Below, piece after piece: positions 1 to 8,712 of a stretch of DNA of 64,000 bases (position 1 is the first letter of the stretch; each line of letters begins with the position of its first letter). This DNA is from a virus. The stretch spans positions 5,929 to 69,928 of IMG/VR virus record IMGVR_UViG_2710264501_000005; one strand, 5' to 3'. The notes below the pieces were generated by a model. The model made no database searches. It was not told the origin of the DNA and saw nothing but the letters and a program-made list of their open reading frames with translations. Position numbers and translations under genes: made by a program.

Positions 1-1
1 C

Positions 2-214
2 AAGCTCACCAAGTTTCTCGCCACCAGAGACAGTCTGACTTTGAACGTGTTTGAAGACGGCAAGTGGACCTACCGGCTAGCTGAGTTTGTCGGCCGGGCT
101 TGGACACCTGAAGCGAAACCCCCGAGAAAAAACGTATCGGCCTACCTGAACCCCAGGCCAGAAGAACTCAAGGGGACGCCGATGGAAGCTTGGACGGAGA
201 TCCTTTGCCGATGA
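2..214 (+). CDS. 3' end of a hypothetical protein (partial)
   Basis: Open frame from the window edge (KLTKFLATRDSLTLNVFEDGKWTY...WTEILCR*); its stop overlaps the next ATG (ATGA at 211-214). Confidence 0.55.
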   Translation, partial: KLTKFLATRDSLTLNVFEDGKWTYRLAEFVGRAWTPEAKPPRKNVSAYLNPRPEELKGTPMEAWTEILCR

Positions 215-918
215 TTGAAATTGTGTCCCATTGTTTTCGCTACTGGAAAAGCTGGAGCTATCAGGCTTCCGCATTGATTCTCTTCCCGCCCCGATGCAAG
301 GTAAAACTGACCCTCTGTTATACTGAGGCGGATGAGCGGTCTGCTGAGTTTGTTCCGTTTTTTCAAGATCAGTTCAAAGCTGTGGATACTGTTGACTTTT
401 CCCCGATGCACCTTGAGCCGTCCCGGTTGTTTCGTCGGGCGATTGGCCGGAACATCGCCGCGAAGTTGACAGAGGCCGATCTGGTATTGTTCACCGATGC
501 GGACTACATTTTTCGGGATGGGTGCCTTGATGCGTTGGTAGAGCGGTTTTCGCGTGATTACGTGCTCGCGTGCCCGAGCGTGGTACGCAAGTGCCCGCAC
601 TCGGAGGGCGATAGGCTTATTGAAGCCGCGTCGGTTCCGGGTGTCAGGGATATTCCGGTTGATAAATTCGAGATCGCAAGATTGCGGGTTGCAATCGGCG
701 GGTTCCAGTGTGTGACGGGCGAAACGGCAAGGAAGTTTGGATATTTAGACGGGCATCGGAGGTTCCAGCGTCCGGCGATTCGCTGGCAGAGGACGTTTGA
801 GGACACAAGGTACAGACGGGCTATCAAGGGCGGAAGGGGCGTGCCTTTGGATATTCCGGAGGTATATCGGATTCGTCATAGTCTGTATGGACGTGAGCAC
901 GAGAACTGCGAGAACTAG
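211..918 (+). CDS. GT-A fold glycosyltransferase (GT2/GT7-like)
   Basis: GRNIAAKLTEADLVLFTDADYIF has the R-N-x-A and DxD motifs; the ATG is coupled to the upstream stop. Confidence 0.8.
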   Translation: MIEIVSHCFRYWKSWSYQASALILFPPRCKVKLTLCYTEADERSAEFVPFFQDQFKAVDTVDFSPMHLEPSRLFRRAIGRNIAAKLTEADLVLFTDADYIFRDGCLDALVERFSRDYVLACPSVVRKCPHSEGDRLIEAASVPGVRDIPVDKFEIARLRVAIGGFQCVTGETARKFGYLDGHRRFQRPAIRWQRTFEDTRYRRAIKGGRGVPLDIPEVYRIRHSLYGREHENCEN

Positions 919-919
919 C

Positions 920-1522
920 ATGAAGGTCAAGCAAAAGCTGTTTTTGTTGCGTCATGGTGCCAGAGTAGACGCCCACAATCCCAATTGGCGAAAATTTGCG
1001 GAACGCCCATACGATCCTCCGTTGGCCCCTTACGGCTACGAACAGGCAAGGATGGCAGCGGATACGATCCAAGAGCACCTTGCAGACCGATCCCATGACG
1101 AGTTTTGCGTCCTTTCTTCTCCGTTTCTTCGATGCGTCCAAACGGCCGAGATCGTAGCCGGGACATTGGGTTGCACTTTCGGGCTGGAATACGCCCTGTG
1201 CGAAAGGCTGCACCCCAGATTCATTTACGGCGACAAGATCGAATGGCTAAACGAAAAGGAGTTAGAGCGGCACTATCCGCATTTTGAGCGTGATATGCAC
1301 ACGTCATTTTGTACTCCGACGCCTCCGGATGAGGGCCGGTCGGAAGTTAGGCGACGTTGCCAGTCAGCGGTTAAGCGGATTGTTTTTGAGGAGTGGGGCG
1401 GGCCGTGGATTTTGATAGGCCACGGGTTCACCATGAAAGACGCTGGGTTACTGTTTGGCGGATCTGGAAAGATTCCCAAAAAGGGCGAGTTGCGATTGTT
1501 TGAAGTCGAAGTTGAAGAATAG
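920..1522 (+). CDS. histidine phosphatase (phosphoglycerate mutase-like) family protein
   Basis: LFLLRHG, SSPFLRCVQTA and late GHG motifs; ATG at 920. Confidence 0.9.
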   Translation: MKVKQKLFLLRHGARVDAHNPNWRKFAERPYDPPLAPYGYEQARMAADTIQEHLADRSHDEFCVLSSPFLRCVQTAEIVAGTLGCTFGLEYALCERLHPRFIYGDKIEWLNEKELERHYPHFERDMHTSFCTPTPPDEGRSEVRRRCQSAVKRIVFEEWGGPWILIGHGFTMKDAGLLFGGSGKIPKKGELRLFEVEVEE

Positions 1523-1636
1523 GGGCAAGGTCATGTCGTGTGATACGGAAACTCTGGCTCAACTGGTGGCCAATCTGATGGCACGGATCGAAGAACTGGA
1601 AGAGTGGCGGGATAAATCTGAACAGGAGAAAGAACC

Positions 1637-2074
1637 ATGCCAAGTAGACGCGATGTAATCAAGGCGACGGCCGCGGCGGCAGTTTCAGGCTTGCCGCTGT
1701 TGAGTATCGGACAACACGACAGGTCGGTCAAGCCAAGCCATTCCCTCAAGCCGGGCGACGTGGCGGTTTGGGATTGGGAGACGTTAGAAAAGCTGATTGT
1801 TCGGCACGATGGCCATTACGACGTGAAATTCATGCGACCATCCACGGTAAATTACGAGGTTTTCGACGCGGAAACCGGCGAGCCCGTGGAGTACGTGATG
1901 CGTTACGATGCCAGAACCCAAGTGGTCGAAAGAATCGAGATCGAATCGGACGGCAACATTCGGCATAAGGTTTTTGTGGCGGGCCATGCTTGGAAATGTT
2001 CTACGATCATGGAACATCGGCCTTGCATCGTCCGCGAAATCCCCAGGGAGCCAAGCTATGCGAAAGTTGGTTAA
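1637..2074 (+). CDS. hypothetical protein with Tat-like (twin-arginine) N-terminus
   Basis: MPSRRDVIKATAAAAVSGLPLL; AGGAG upstream. Confidence 0.6.
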   Translation: MPSRRDVIKATAAAAVSGLPLLSIGQHDRSVKPSHSLKPGDVAVWDWETLEKLIVRHDGHYDVKFMRPSTVNYEVFDAETGEPVEYVMRYDARTQVVERIEIESDGNIRHKVFVAGHAWKCSTIMEHRPCIVREIPREPSYAKVG

Positions 2075-2234
2075 GTACGGAGTTGAACTGACCGTGAACG
2101 ATCAGGGCCGAGTGGTTGCCTATCGGGATACGGCATTTTTTGGAACTCCCTGCACCATTGAAAACGGGCGGCTCGCGGAATATTGGGAGCATATCGACGT
2201 TAGGCGGCTGGAGCCTGTGACGTGCGAAAGCTAG
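2058..2234 (+). CDS. small hypothetical protein
   Basis: Fills the gap between neighbours with short overlaps. Confidence 0.45.
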   Translation: MRKLVKYGVELTVNDQGRVVAYRDTAFFGTPCTIENGRLAEYWEHIDVRRLEPVTCES

Positions 2235-2743
2235 AGATTGGGCCCGGCAATTCGATCATGCCCGGCTGGGATACGCTCGATTGCGTTGACCGGCCGGGCA
2301 TTACCTATTTAGCGAAATGGGGAGAGGATCGGTTGCCGATTGAAGACGGGACATACAATGAGGTCCGCAGTAGCCATTCATTGGAGCATATCCCGTGGTA
2401 TCGCACGGTTGATGCACTCCTCGAAGTCTATCGTGTTTTGAAGCCAAGCGGGGTGTTCTGTGTTTTTGTGCCGGACTTTGCCCGCTTGTGTGAAGACTAT
2501 CTTGCACGGCGTTGCGGGGATCGCTGGGGCAAGTTCGGAGCCAAGGGCAATCCAATGCTGTGGTTCATTGGCCGAACCCTGGGATATGGACCGGAGTACA
2601 ACTGGCATAAGTGCCTTTTCGATTGGGAGCATTTGCAAGACTGTTTGCAGCAGGCGGGTTTTCGGGACATTACCCGATTGAATGTGGACCCGTTGAAGCG
2701 GCGGCAGCACTATCCGAACCTTGGAGCGAGGGCGTTGAAATGA
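2222..2743 (+). CDS. class I SAM-dependent methyltransferase (Methyltransf_11-like)
   Basis: LEIGPG motif I; SHSLEHIP and EVYRVLKPSG motifs. Confidence 0.85.
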   Translation: MRKLEIGPGNSIMPGWDTLDCVDRPGITYLAKWGEDRLPIEDGTYNEVRSSHSLEHIPWYRTVDALLEVYRVLKPSGVFCVFVPDFARLCEDYLARRCGDRWGKFGAKGNPMLWFIGRTLGYGPEYNWHKCLFDWEHLQDCLQQAGFRDITRLNVDPLKRRQHYPNLGARALK

Positions 2744-3090
2744 GCGAAGAATGGGACGATACCGAATATTCTGAAGAGTCTGAATCGTCCTCTGATGATG
2801 GGGAATACTCACGTTCTTTTAGTAGCTTTTCAGAAACCAGTTCGGAACTGCGAAAGTACCCTCCGAAAAAACTTGAATCTAACGCAACCGTTCGCTTTAG
2901 GATCGTGGCGGGACTACTAAAGAGAAGGTTTGCCAGATCGCTATTAAATAGTGCATCATTCAATCACGTTGAATGTACGTATCAAGAGATCAAGGGGTTT
3001 CTCGAATCCGAGTTCCTTGTTACCGCGACCGGGACTCTCAAAAACCTATCGGACTTCCTAGACCGGGTACAAGGTGCTGAACGTGAATAA
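2740..3090 (+). CDS. hypothetical protein with Ser/Asp/Glu-rich N-terminus
   Basis: ATGA overlap with the upstream gene; MSEEWDDTEYSEESESSSDD. Confidence 0.55.
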   Translation: MSEEWDDTEYSEESESSSDDGEYSRSFSSFSETSSELRKYPPKKLESNATVRFRIVAGLLKRRFARSLLNSASFNHVECTYQEIKGFLESEFLVTATGTLKNLSDFLDRVQGAERE

Positions 3091-3865
3091 CACTCTAGCT
3101 ATCGTCACCCACTACCGCCGCACAGACAACACACTCAAGCTCGCCGATGCCCTGCTCAGTCAGTCGGAACCTTGCGACGTGGTAATAGTGGACAACGGAC
3201 CTGGGGCTTCCCTGAGTTCAACGGGCAAGATTCCCAGCGGTGTAAAAGACGTTTGGCGGTGGCGAGAAAACGCTGGCCCCGCTTGCCGGTTCGCTCCCGC
3301 GTGGATGATGGGCGAACGGTATCAATACGTTCTCTGCTTAGACGACGACCTATTGCCGGGTCATAATTGCGTGCGGTATCTGTTGTATAGTGCGGACGTG
3401 CTTAAAAACGAGTTCTCGACGCTGGGTCAGATCGGCCGGCGAGTCAGATCCAGGCGGGGCGTCTACTCCTACCGAAAGCGGAACGTGCCACGGTCGGGGA
3501 AGTTTGAGGTTGTGGACATTACCTGCCGGGCTCATTTCTTCCGTGCTGATCTGGCGGGGATTGTGGCGATGGCCCGATCCCAGATGATCGCTTCCAAAGC
3601 CAAACCAGAGTTCTACCGGCATGACGATCTGCAACTATGCCTCGGATTGCAGAAGGCTACCGGCTGGTCTAGCTACCTGATTCCGGCTTGCCCTCCAAGT
3701 GCTCAGATGATCGCTCAGAACCTAGACGATGGGGTATCTCGGGGCGTGCCGTCTGTTTCTTCGGTTCCGACGCATGTTCAGGACAGAACAGAACTGATCC
3801 AGTTGTTCGCCAGTTTGGGTTGGAAACCAATTCGACCGGAGGTGATTGATGAAAACGATGAATGA
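3074..3865 (+). CDS. GT2-family glycosyltransferase
   Basis: VVIVDNG, LCLDDDLLP (DxD) and HDDL motifs. Confidence 0.8.
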   Translation: MLNVNNTLAIVTHYRRTDNTLKLADALLSQSEPCDVVIVDNGPGASLSSTGKIPSGVKDVWRWRENAGPACRFAPAWMMGERYQYVLCLDDDLLPGHNCVRYLLYSADVLKNEFSTLGQIGRRVRSRRGVYSYRKRNVPRSGKFEVVDITCRAHFFRADLAGIVAMARSQMIASKAKPEFYRHDDLQLCLGLQKATGWSSYLIPACPPSAQMIAQNLDDGVSRGVPSVSSVPTHVQDRTELIQLFASLGWKPIRPEVIDENDE

Positions 3866-4097
3866 TTTTCGACGCGAGACAGCGGCTCGAAAAACGCTGC
3901 AAGAGGGCCTGAAAGGGGATCGCTGGATGATTGCCGTTTGGAAGGCTACTGATAACGAGGTAACGCTATTGCCTCTGGTCTATCAGAACTGGCCCAATGC
4001 TGCCCTAAATGCTGTTTCGGATTCCCTCCAGCATCAGCTATCGAAGATGGCCCGCAAGCCTGCTTTGATTTTGCCGAACACAGAGATTGCCGAATGA
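3846..4097 (+). CDS. hypothetical protein
   Basis: Overlaps both neighbours in the same operon. Confidence 0.5.
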   Translation: MMKTMNDFRRETAARKTLQEGLKGDRWMIAVWKATDNEVTLLPLVYQNWPNAALNAVSDSLQHQLSKMARKPALILPNTEIAE

Positions 4098-4765
4098 CCT
4101 ACGGATCGACAAAAGAACTCTCCGACCGCCTCCAAGAGGTTTCCTTTGGGAAGTCCTACGCTCAGCACAAGGAAGACTGGCGGCTCTGTCATTGGCTTAA
4201 ACAGATCGGGAGGCTTGAAAACGGCGGGCTAGCTGTGGAGTTTGGGGCAGGAAACGGCTATAAGAACTCCAACATCCGGCTATTCGAGCGGTACGGCTGG
4301 CGGCTGGTCCAATGGGACGCGAAACCGAAAGGGCCTGTCAAGCAAGAGCGGGTGTTGCCGTCAAACGTATGCGAGCTATTCCACAAGTACAAAGTGCCGA
4401 TTGACTTCGATCTGTTGTCAATCGACGTGGACGGGCTGGATCTGTGGATCTGGCACGCCTTGGAGCCGTGGCATCCTCGGGTGGTGATTGTGGAGTACAA
4501 CTCCAATTTTCCGCATGGGGCGTCTTACACTCTGCCATCGGATGAGTCATATTCCGGCTGGGACGGATCGGCCAATTTCGGGGCGAGTTTTGCGGCCCTG
4601 TCAAAGATTGGCGAGCGGAAGGGCTATTGGCTGGTTGAAGAGGTTGCGGGTACGAATCTGATTTTCGTCCGCAAGGACCTGCTTGACTCTGCCCCGGTGG
4701 TTTCTGTTGAGCTACCGAAGCCTGTTCATCGGGGTTTTGATGTGCGGCGGTTTCAGGTGGTCTAG
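4094..4765 (+). CDS. FkbM-like SAM-dependent methyltransferase
   Basis: VEFGAGNG..NSN, DLLSIDVDGLDLWIW and PRVVIVEYN motifs. Confidence 0.8.
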   Translation: MTYGSTKELSDRLQEVSFGKSYAQHKEDWRLCHWLKQIGRLENGGLAVEFGAGNGYKNSNIRLFERYGWRLVQWDAKPKGPVKQERVLPSNVCELFHKYKVPIDFDLLSIDVDGLDLWIWHALEPWHPRVVIVEYNSNFPHGASYTLPSDESYSGWDGSANFGASFAALSKIGERKGYWLVEEVAGTNLIFVRKDLLDSAPVVSVELPKPVHRGFDVRRFQVV

Positions 4766-4938
4766 TGCCCTCAACACCAAGTCGTATTTCGCCACCCATT
4801 CCCGGTGGTGCTGAGGATCGCCAACGTCTGTTGGTTCGACGTCGCCCTGCCAGCCCTCGGGCTTAGATTCCGAATGTCGCGGCACTCCTCGATTATCCGA
4901 ATCGCTTCCGCGGTTTCCGGCCTTGTTAACTGAGCCAC
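4762..4938 (-). pseudogene. frameshifted paralog of ORF 27927-28124
   Basis: One frame from GTG 4938 gives AEAIRIIEECRDI; a second frame gives DVGDPQHHREWVAKYDLVLRAL. Both halves match the intact paralog and about 19 nt are missing between them. Confidence 0.6.
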
Positions 4939-5027
4939 ATCCACACCGCCTTTCCAACGACAGCCAGCACGCCCACCAGGGCCGTGAGAATGGATGCGCC
5001 AACAAGTGCTTGCCGTTCTTCGGTCAT
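4926..5027 (-). CDS. 33-aa single-TM peptide
   Basis: MTEERQALVGASILTALVGVLAVVGKAVWMWLS*; ATGA overlap with the upstream ORF. Confidence 0.45.
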   Translation of the reverse strand: MTEERQALVGASILTALVGVLAVVGKAVWMWLS

Positions 5028-5143
5028 GTCAGCGACTCCATCGTCCTGGTGTAGATCGGGATGATCCCAAACAGGTACCACCCGTCAGTTTCCACGCGGC
5101 GGCCGCTTTCTTCGTACCGCACGACGCTCTTGTAATGAATCAT
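5024..5143 (-). CDS. 39-aa peptide, paralog of 47008-47127
   Basis: MIHYKSVVRYEESGRRVETDGWYLFGIIPIYTRTMESLT; shares GWYLFG(I/L)IP(I/V)Y.R. Confidence 0.6.
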   Translation of the reverse strand: MIHYKSVVRYEESGRRVETDGWYLFGIIPIYTRTMESLT

Positions 5144-5187
5144 GCCCTTGCCTTTCGTTCTGTATCTGCCGACCTACTACTGATCTT

Positions 5188-5548
5188 AATTCGCCCTCTC
5201 CCGGCTACGTTTGACTACAACATTTTCTTCGATGTTTTATCGCACAGGTCGCAGTCATAGTAGCTATCGCTTCCGCCGCTTGGATCGCCGTGCCACGTTT
5301 GTTCGTGGTGCGGACATTCGGCTTGAATGTTTAGCTTATATTGGTTGAGGCGTTTCTTTTCGGCTTCGTGGCGGGTGTCTTCGTCCCGTAGTTCCTGTTG
5401 CAGGCTCCTCATTCGTTTGGTCAGTAATCTCTCTTCCTCGATTACAGCGGCGATGTAGCCCGCTAGATCGCCCCCTTGATACTCTCGGATAAGTCTTTCA
5501 AGTGTTTCTTTTTTCATGCCTCTATACCCAAAATTCGCCCTCTCCCGG
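5188..5548. repeat. 17-bp direct repeat AATTCGCCCTCTCCCGG (5188-5204, 5532-5548) flanking one gene
   Basis: Exact match read from the sequence. Confidence 0.75.
5215..5517 (-). CDS. coiled-coil protein with C-terminal C/H zinc-binding motif
   Basis: MKKETLERLIREY...ECPHH...CDLCDK. Confidence 0.6.
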   Translation of the reverse strand: MKKETLERLIREYQGGDLAGYIAAVIEEERLLTKRMRSLQQELRDEDTRHEAEKKRLNQYKLNIQAECPHHEQTWHGDPSGGSDSYYDCDLCDKTSKKML

Positions 5549-5647
5549 TCCAACACTACTCTGCTGGAAAGTTCCCAGACTACACCGCCTGGGGTTTTTA
5601 GCCGCCATGCAGTAACGGCTATAAACAAGTTGCCGAACCGGGAGAGG
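5539..5647 (-). ncRNA. candidate structured intergenic RNA (closing stem plus three hairpins)
   Basis: CCTCTCCCGG/CCGGGAGAGG 10-bp closure around TAGCCG/CGGCTA, CCCAGGC/GTCTGGG and CCAGCA/TGTTGG hairpins. Confidence 0.4.
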
Positions 5648-5656
5648 TCTGTTTCG

Positions 5657-6190
5657 TTATTGTACCGCCTCCGCTTTCTTTGACTCCCGCCATGCCCGAT
5701 CTTTTTCCGCCAGTTCCGCCAAGACCGCCTTGGCCTCTTCCCCGGAAACCTCTTGGATAAAAATCACCCGCTCCCGACTGGGGCTCGCCATCCAGAGATT
5801 GCCGCCCGTGTCGGTGTTCTCAATCCAGATTCGGTCCCAGTTGTGGCTCAACATAATGCCACGCAAGAGCATGTACTTGGAGTCGTTTGCCCGCGTGATC
5901 TTTTTTAGTCTTTTGACGGCTTGATGGCAGAGGTTGAGATCGGCGTTTCGCTTGGCACTCCAGGCTTTCCATTTTGCGGTCGCGTCGGCAAACTGCTTTG
6001 CTCCGGCCTTTCCGTACCGCTTGCATACTTCCTTGTATTGCTTCATTTTCTCGCGGCGGATTGCAAACTCGCCTTGGATGGACTTAATCAAGGCGTCCAC
6101 TTCGGCTCGGATTTTTTGCACGCCTTCGGGTGTTTTGTCTTGCGGGTCGAATGTTCCGCCTAGGATCTGTTTTTCAAGTTCGCTGGGCAT
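5657..6190 (-). CDS. hypothetical coiled-coil protein
   Basis: Long ORF, co-directional and tightly packed. Confidence 0.6.
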   Translation of the reverse strand: MPSELEKQILGGTFDPQDKTPEGVQKIRAEVDALIKSIQGEFAIRREKMKQYKEVCKRYGKAGAKQFADATAKWKAWSAKRNADLNLCHQAVKRLKKITRANDSKYMLLRGIMLSHNWDRIWIENTDTGGNLWMASPSRERVIFIQEVSGEEAKAVLAELAEKDRAWRESKKAEAVQ

Positions 6191-6386
6191 TGTCTGTCTC
6201 CGCGTTGTCTCTGATCCGGTCCATCTCAATCTCTAACTCAGTGCGAACCCTCGCAAGTTCACCACGCATGGTCAATATGTCAGCAGCCGCATCGCTGTCA
6301 GCCGCAACTCGTCTGCGAAGGCTGAGCATCATATTGCTGACCGTTTCCAGTTTCTTCTTCAGTTCGTGGAGTTCGTTGTAGTTCAT
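6174..6386 (-). CDS. hypothetical coiled-coil protein
   Basis: Heptad-like sequence; operon packing. Confidence 0.55.
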   Translation of the reverse strand: MNYNELHELKKKLETVSNMMLSLRRRVAADSDAAADILTMRGELARVRTELEIEMDRIRDNAETDNAQRT

Positions 6387-6404
6387 GGCTCTGCCTGCTG
6401 GTCA

Positions 6405-6908
6405 TTACGACTTTACGTAGGGCACCGCACGAGTAGCCGCTGGCACGTACAGCGGATGCTTGGGGTGCCCGTCCTTCGTTGTGCCAAGACAATGCAGCAC
6501 CCTACCGGAATGAACTGGCAGGAAGTCCGTCACCGTCCAGGCCCGCCCTAAGTAGTCGCCGTGAAAACCCCATGCGGCTATTACTAACTGTGACTTCTTC
6601 GCGTAGTCAACCAGCGTTGTATCGTTCATCGCTCCTACCGGGAATTCTGCCGCCTTCATGTCCGCGGGCTTCGTCGCCCGAAAGGCAAACAGGTTGAGCA
6701 TGTAAATGCCGCCGTAGCCCCAATCCTTTGCAAACCTGATGCAGCGGCGGATCGTCGGATCATCTTTCGTTTCGTCGGCCGTCGACGGATTCAGCCCTAT
6801 CCACGCCACGAATCCCGCCTCCGGTTCCCACTGTCGCCAAAGAACGTAGCGGTAGGTGCGGCAATCGGAGAACGTGGCTCCGCTGTTTTTTCCCAGGTCA
6901 ATGAGCAT
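6405..6908 (-). CDS. DUF1643 family protein
   Basis: SDCRTYRYVLWRQW, IGLNPSTADETKDDPTIRRC, NLFAFRATKP and HPKHPLY motifs. Confidence 0.9.
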   Translation of the reverse strand: MLIDLGKNSGATFSDCRTYRYVLWRQWEPEAGFVAWIGLNPSTADETKDDPTIRRCIRFAKDWGYGGIYMLNLFAFRATKPADMKAAEFPVGAMNDTTLVDYAKKSQLVIAAWGFHGDYLGRAWTVTDFLPVHSGRVLHCLGTTKDGHPKHPLYVPAATRAVPYVKS

Positions 6909-6911
6909 CTT

Positions 6912-7454
6912 CTACCCTTCCATCAGTTGCTGGTTGCACGTCTGCTCTCTTCGCTCCAAGCACTCCACAGCCGGGAGCAGTGCCAGTACCTTTTCGTCGT
7001 CAACCCCGTAGTCAGCGGCAAGTCTCTCGTAAGCCTGCCTTGCAAGTTGTGCGGTGGTAGGCTTCGGTTTGATCGCTTCGCGGATTTCATCAGCCGTCAA
7101 CGCGGAAACCGGCCGAAACGGAGGCATCATGCGGTTGCCTTCCGAATCGTACAACGACCACGTTTCGCCATCGTAGACCTGCAACTTTATCGCCTGCTTT
7201 GCTTTGGACGCTTCTATCAAAGCTTCTCTCAGCGGATCGGCTGGCGTGTCCTTTTGTAACCCTGTGAAATGCTCTATCAGACAACTTGGGGCTTCGCCCT
7301 GTTCCCAAGTTCGCACCACCCATTGACCGTTCACCTTCTCTTCTAGGGAACATGCATCTTCGTAGCACACAACACGATTCAGTCTTTTTGGCCAACCCGC
7401 TGGCCGGTTCATCATGGCAAGGTATCTTGCTACTGGTGTGTCTCTGTAAAGCAT
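6912..7454 (-). CDS. hypothetical protein
   Basis: 180-aa ORF in the leftward operon. Confidence 0.55.
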   Translation of the reverse strand: MLYRDTPVARYLAMMNRPAGWPKRLNRVVCYEDACSLEEKVNGQWVVRTWEQGEAPSCLIEHFTGLQKDTPADPLREALIEASKAKQAIKLQVYDGETWSLYDSEGNRMMPPFRPVSALTADEIREAIKPKPTTAQLARQAYERLAADYGVDDEKVLALLPAVECLERREQTCNQQLMEG

Positions 7455-7475
7455 CGGATTCCCCCTCTCAGTTAG

Positions 7476-7637
7476 TCACCATTTCGCCGTGAACGACATA
7501 CCGCACTCACAACAGGATATGTCGCAAAATCCGCACTCGGAGCACGGCGTACCCACGTCGTCAAAGTCTCGGGGTGCGGAACACTCATCACACTTGAAAT
7601 CACGACAGCCGCACTCGCAAGATTCATTAGAGCCCAT
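7476..7637 (-). CDS. 53-aa Cys-rich peptide
   Basis: MGSNESCECGCRDFKCDECSAPRDFDDVGTPCSECGFCDISCCECGMSFTAKW*; AGAGGGG RBS. Confidence 0.55.
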   Translation of the reverse strand: MGSNESCECGCRDFKCDECSAPRDFDDVGTPCSECGFCDISCCECGMSFTAKW

Positions 7638-7669
7638 CGCTTTTCCCCTCTGTGAGACTTCTGAACCAG

Positions 7670-7773
7670 GGAGGCGGGCAGGAATTGCACCTGCAACGCT
7701 CCAGCCTTTCCGGAAAGTCCAAAGCGTTTCTCGGCACCACGCGAATCACGTTGGACCGCTGGCCGCCGCCTCC
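7670..7773 (-). ncRNA. tRNA-like RNA (acceptor stem plus T-arm closure)
   Basis: GGAGGCGG...GCAGG-TGCAATT-CCTGC-CCGCCTCC; internal stems; no standard anticodon loop. Confidence 0.55.
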
Positions 7774-7798
7774 GCAATACTTTCATTGTACCGCCAGA

Positions 7799-8686
7799 TC
7801 AGACTTTCCCTGCCAGCACAACGCCCTCGCCGTTGCACTTGTCGCAAACGCACCATTGACGCGGATCAATCAACTCTACGAAACTCTGGATGTACGCTTC
7901 CAGTTTGGCTTTCAGGTCCTTGTAGTTCTCGCCAGCCACTTCGCGGATCTGAATTGCATTGGCTTTGTCGCGGTATTCACCGACGATGGACAGCACCTCT
8001 TTCGTGATGGTTGTTTCAGTGACCGTTTTCCATTTCGGACGACGGGCACCAACACGGGACACGTCTATACGTTCCTTGCGAGGGGCCGTTTTCAGAATGG
8101 CAGTCACTTTAAGCACCTGGATATTGCGGCAGTCGTGAAGCCTGTAAATTTCCGGGTGCTTGTTTACCTCCGCTACAACCGCCTCAGCAACCAGATCGAA
8201 AACCTGCTTCATCGGAACCCGGCATGGGTACTTGTGCTGAACGGCACGGTGGAACTTCAGGTTGGCCGGAAAGTCCACCTCAACATACGGCGGCATTTTG
8301 ACAGGCTCGCAATCGTAGTCGATGACATGGAACTCAACCGGCGTGGTGCCTTGGGGAACGTCCAGATAAACGGGCTGGTACAATTCGGCCCGCTCGCCGG
8401 TCCATTCGGACTCGTCAAAGTCAAATGTAAAGGCATCCGCTGGCAGTTGTTCGGCGATGGTCACAACCCCGACGAACTCTTCTTTCAGGCAAAACCCGAC
8501 TAGCTCTCGCTTGGCCGGAACGATCCTTTCAAGCGAAATCAAGTCGCCTTCCACCATCGCCCAATCGGAGTTTCCGGGGCACAGGACGGGCGGTTTCCCG
8601 TTGACCAAATAGTAGTGCTCGGCGTGATAGCCAAGCTCCACGTAAGACGATCCATCTTTCTTCATCACAATCAGCGGCTTAGCCAT
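7799..8686 (-). CDS. hypothetical protein, C-terminal CxxCxGxG
   Basis: 295-aa ORF ending CDKCNGEG. Confidence 0.65.
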   Translation of the reverse strand: MAKPLIVMKKDGSSYVELGYHAEHYYLVNGKPPVLCPGNSDWAMVEGDLISLERIVPAKRELVGFCLKEEFVGVVTIAEQLPADAFTFDFDESEWTGERAELYQPVYLDVPQGTTPVEFHVIDYDCEPVKMPPYVEVDFPANLKFHRAVQHKYPCRVPMKQVFDLVAEAVVAEVNKHPEIYRLHDCRNIQVLKVTAILKTAPRKERIDVSRVGARRPKWKTVTETTITKEVLSIVGEYRDKANAIQIREVAGENYKDLKAKLEAYIQSFVELIDPRQWCVCDKCNGEGVVLAGKV

Positions 8687-8712
8687 AGCTACGTACTCCC
8701 ATCGCAGTTCAC

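Noticed and set aside
7652-8503. 283-aa plus-strand ORF
   Set aside because: Antisense shadow of 7799-8686; no RBS or recognisable motif.
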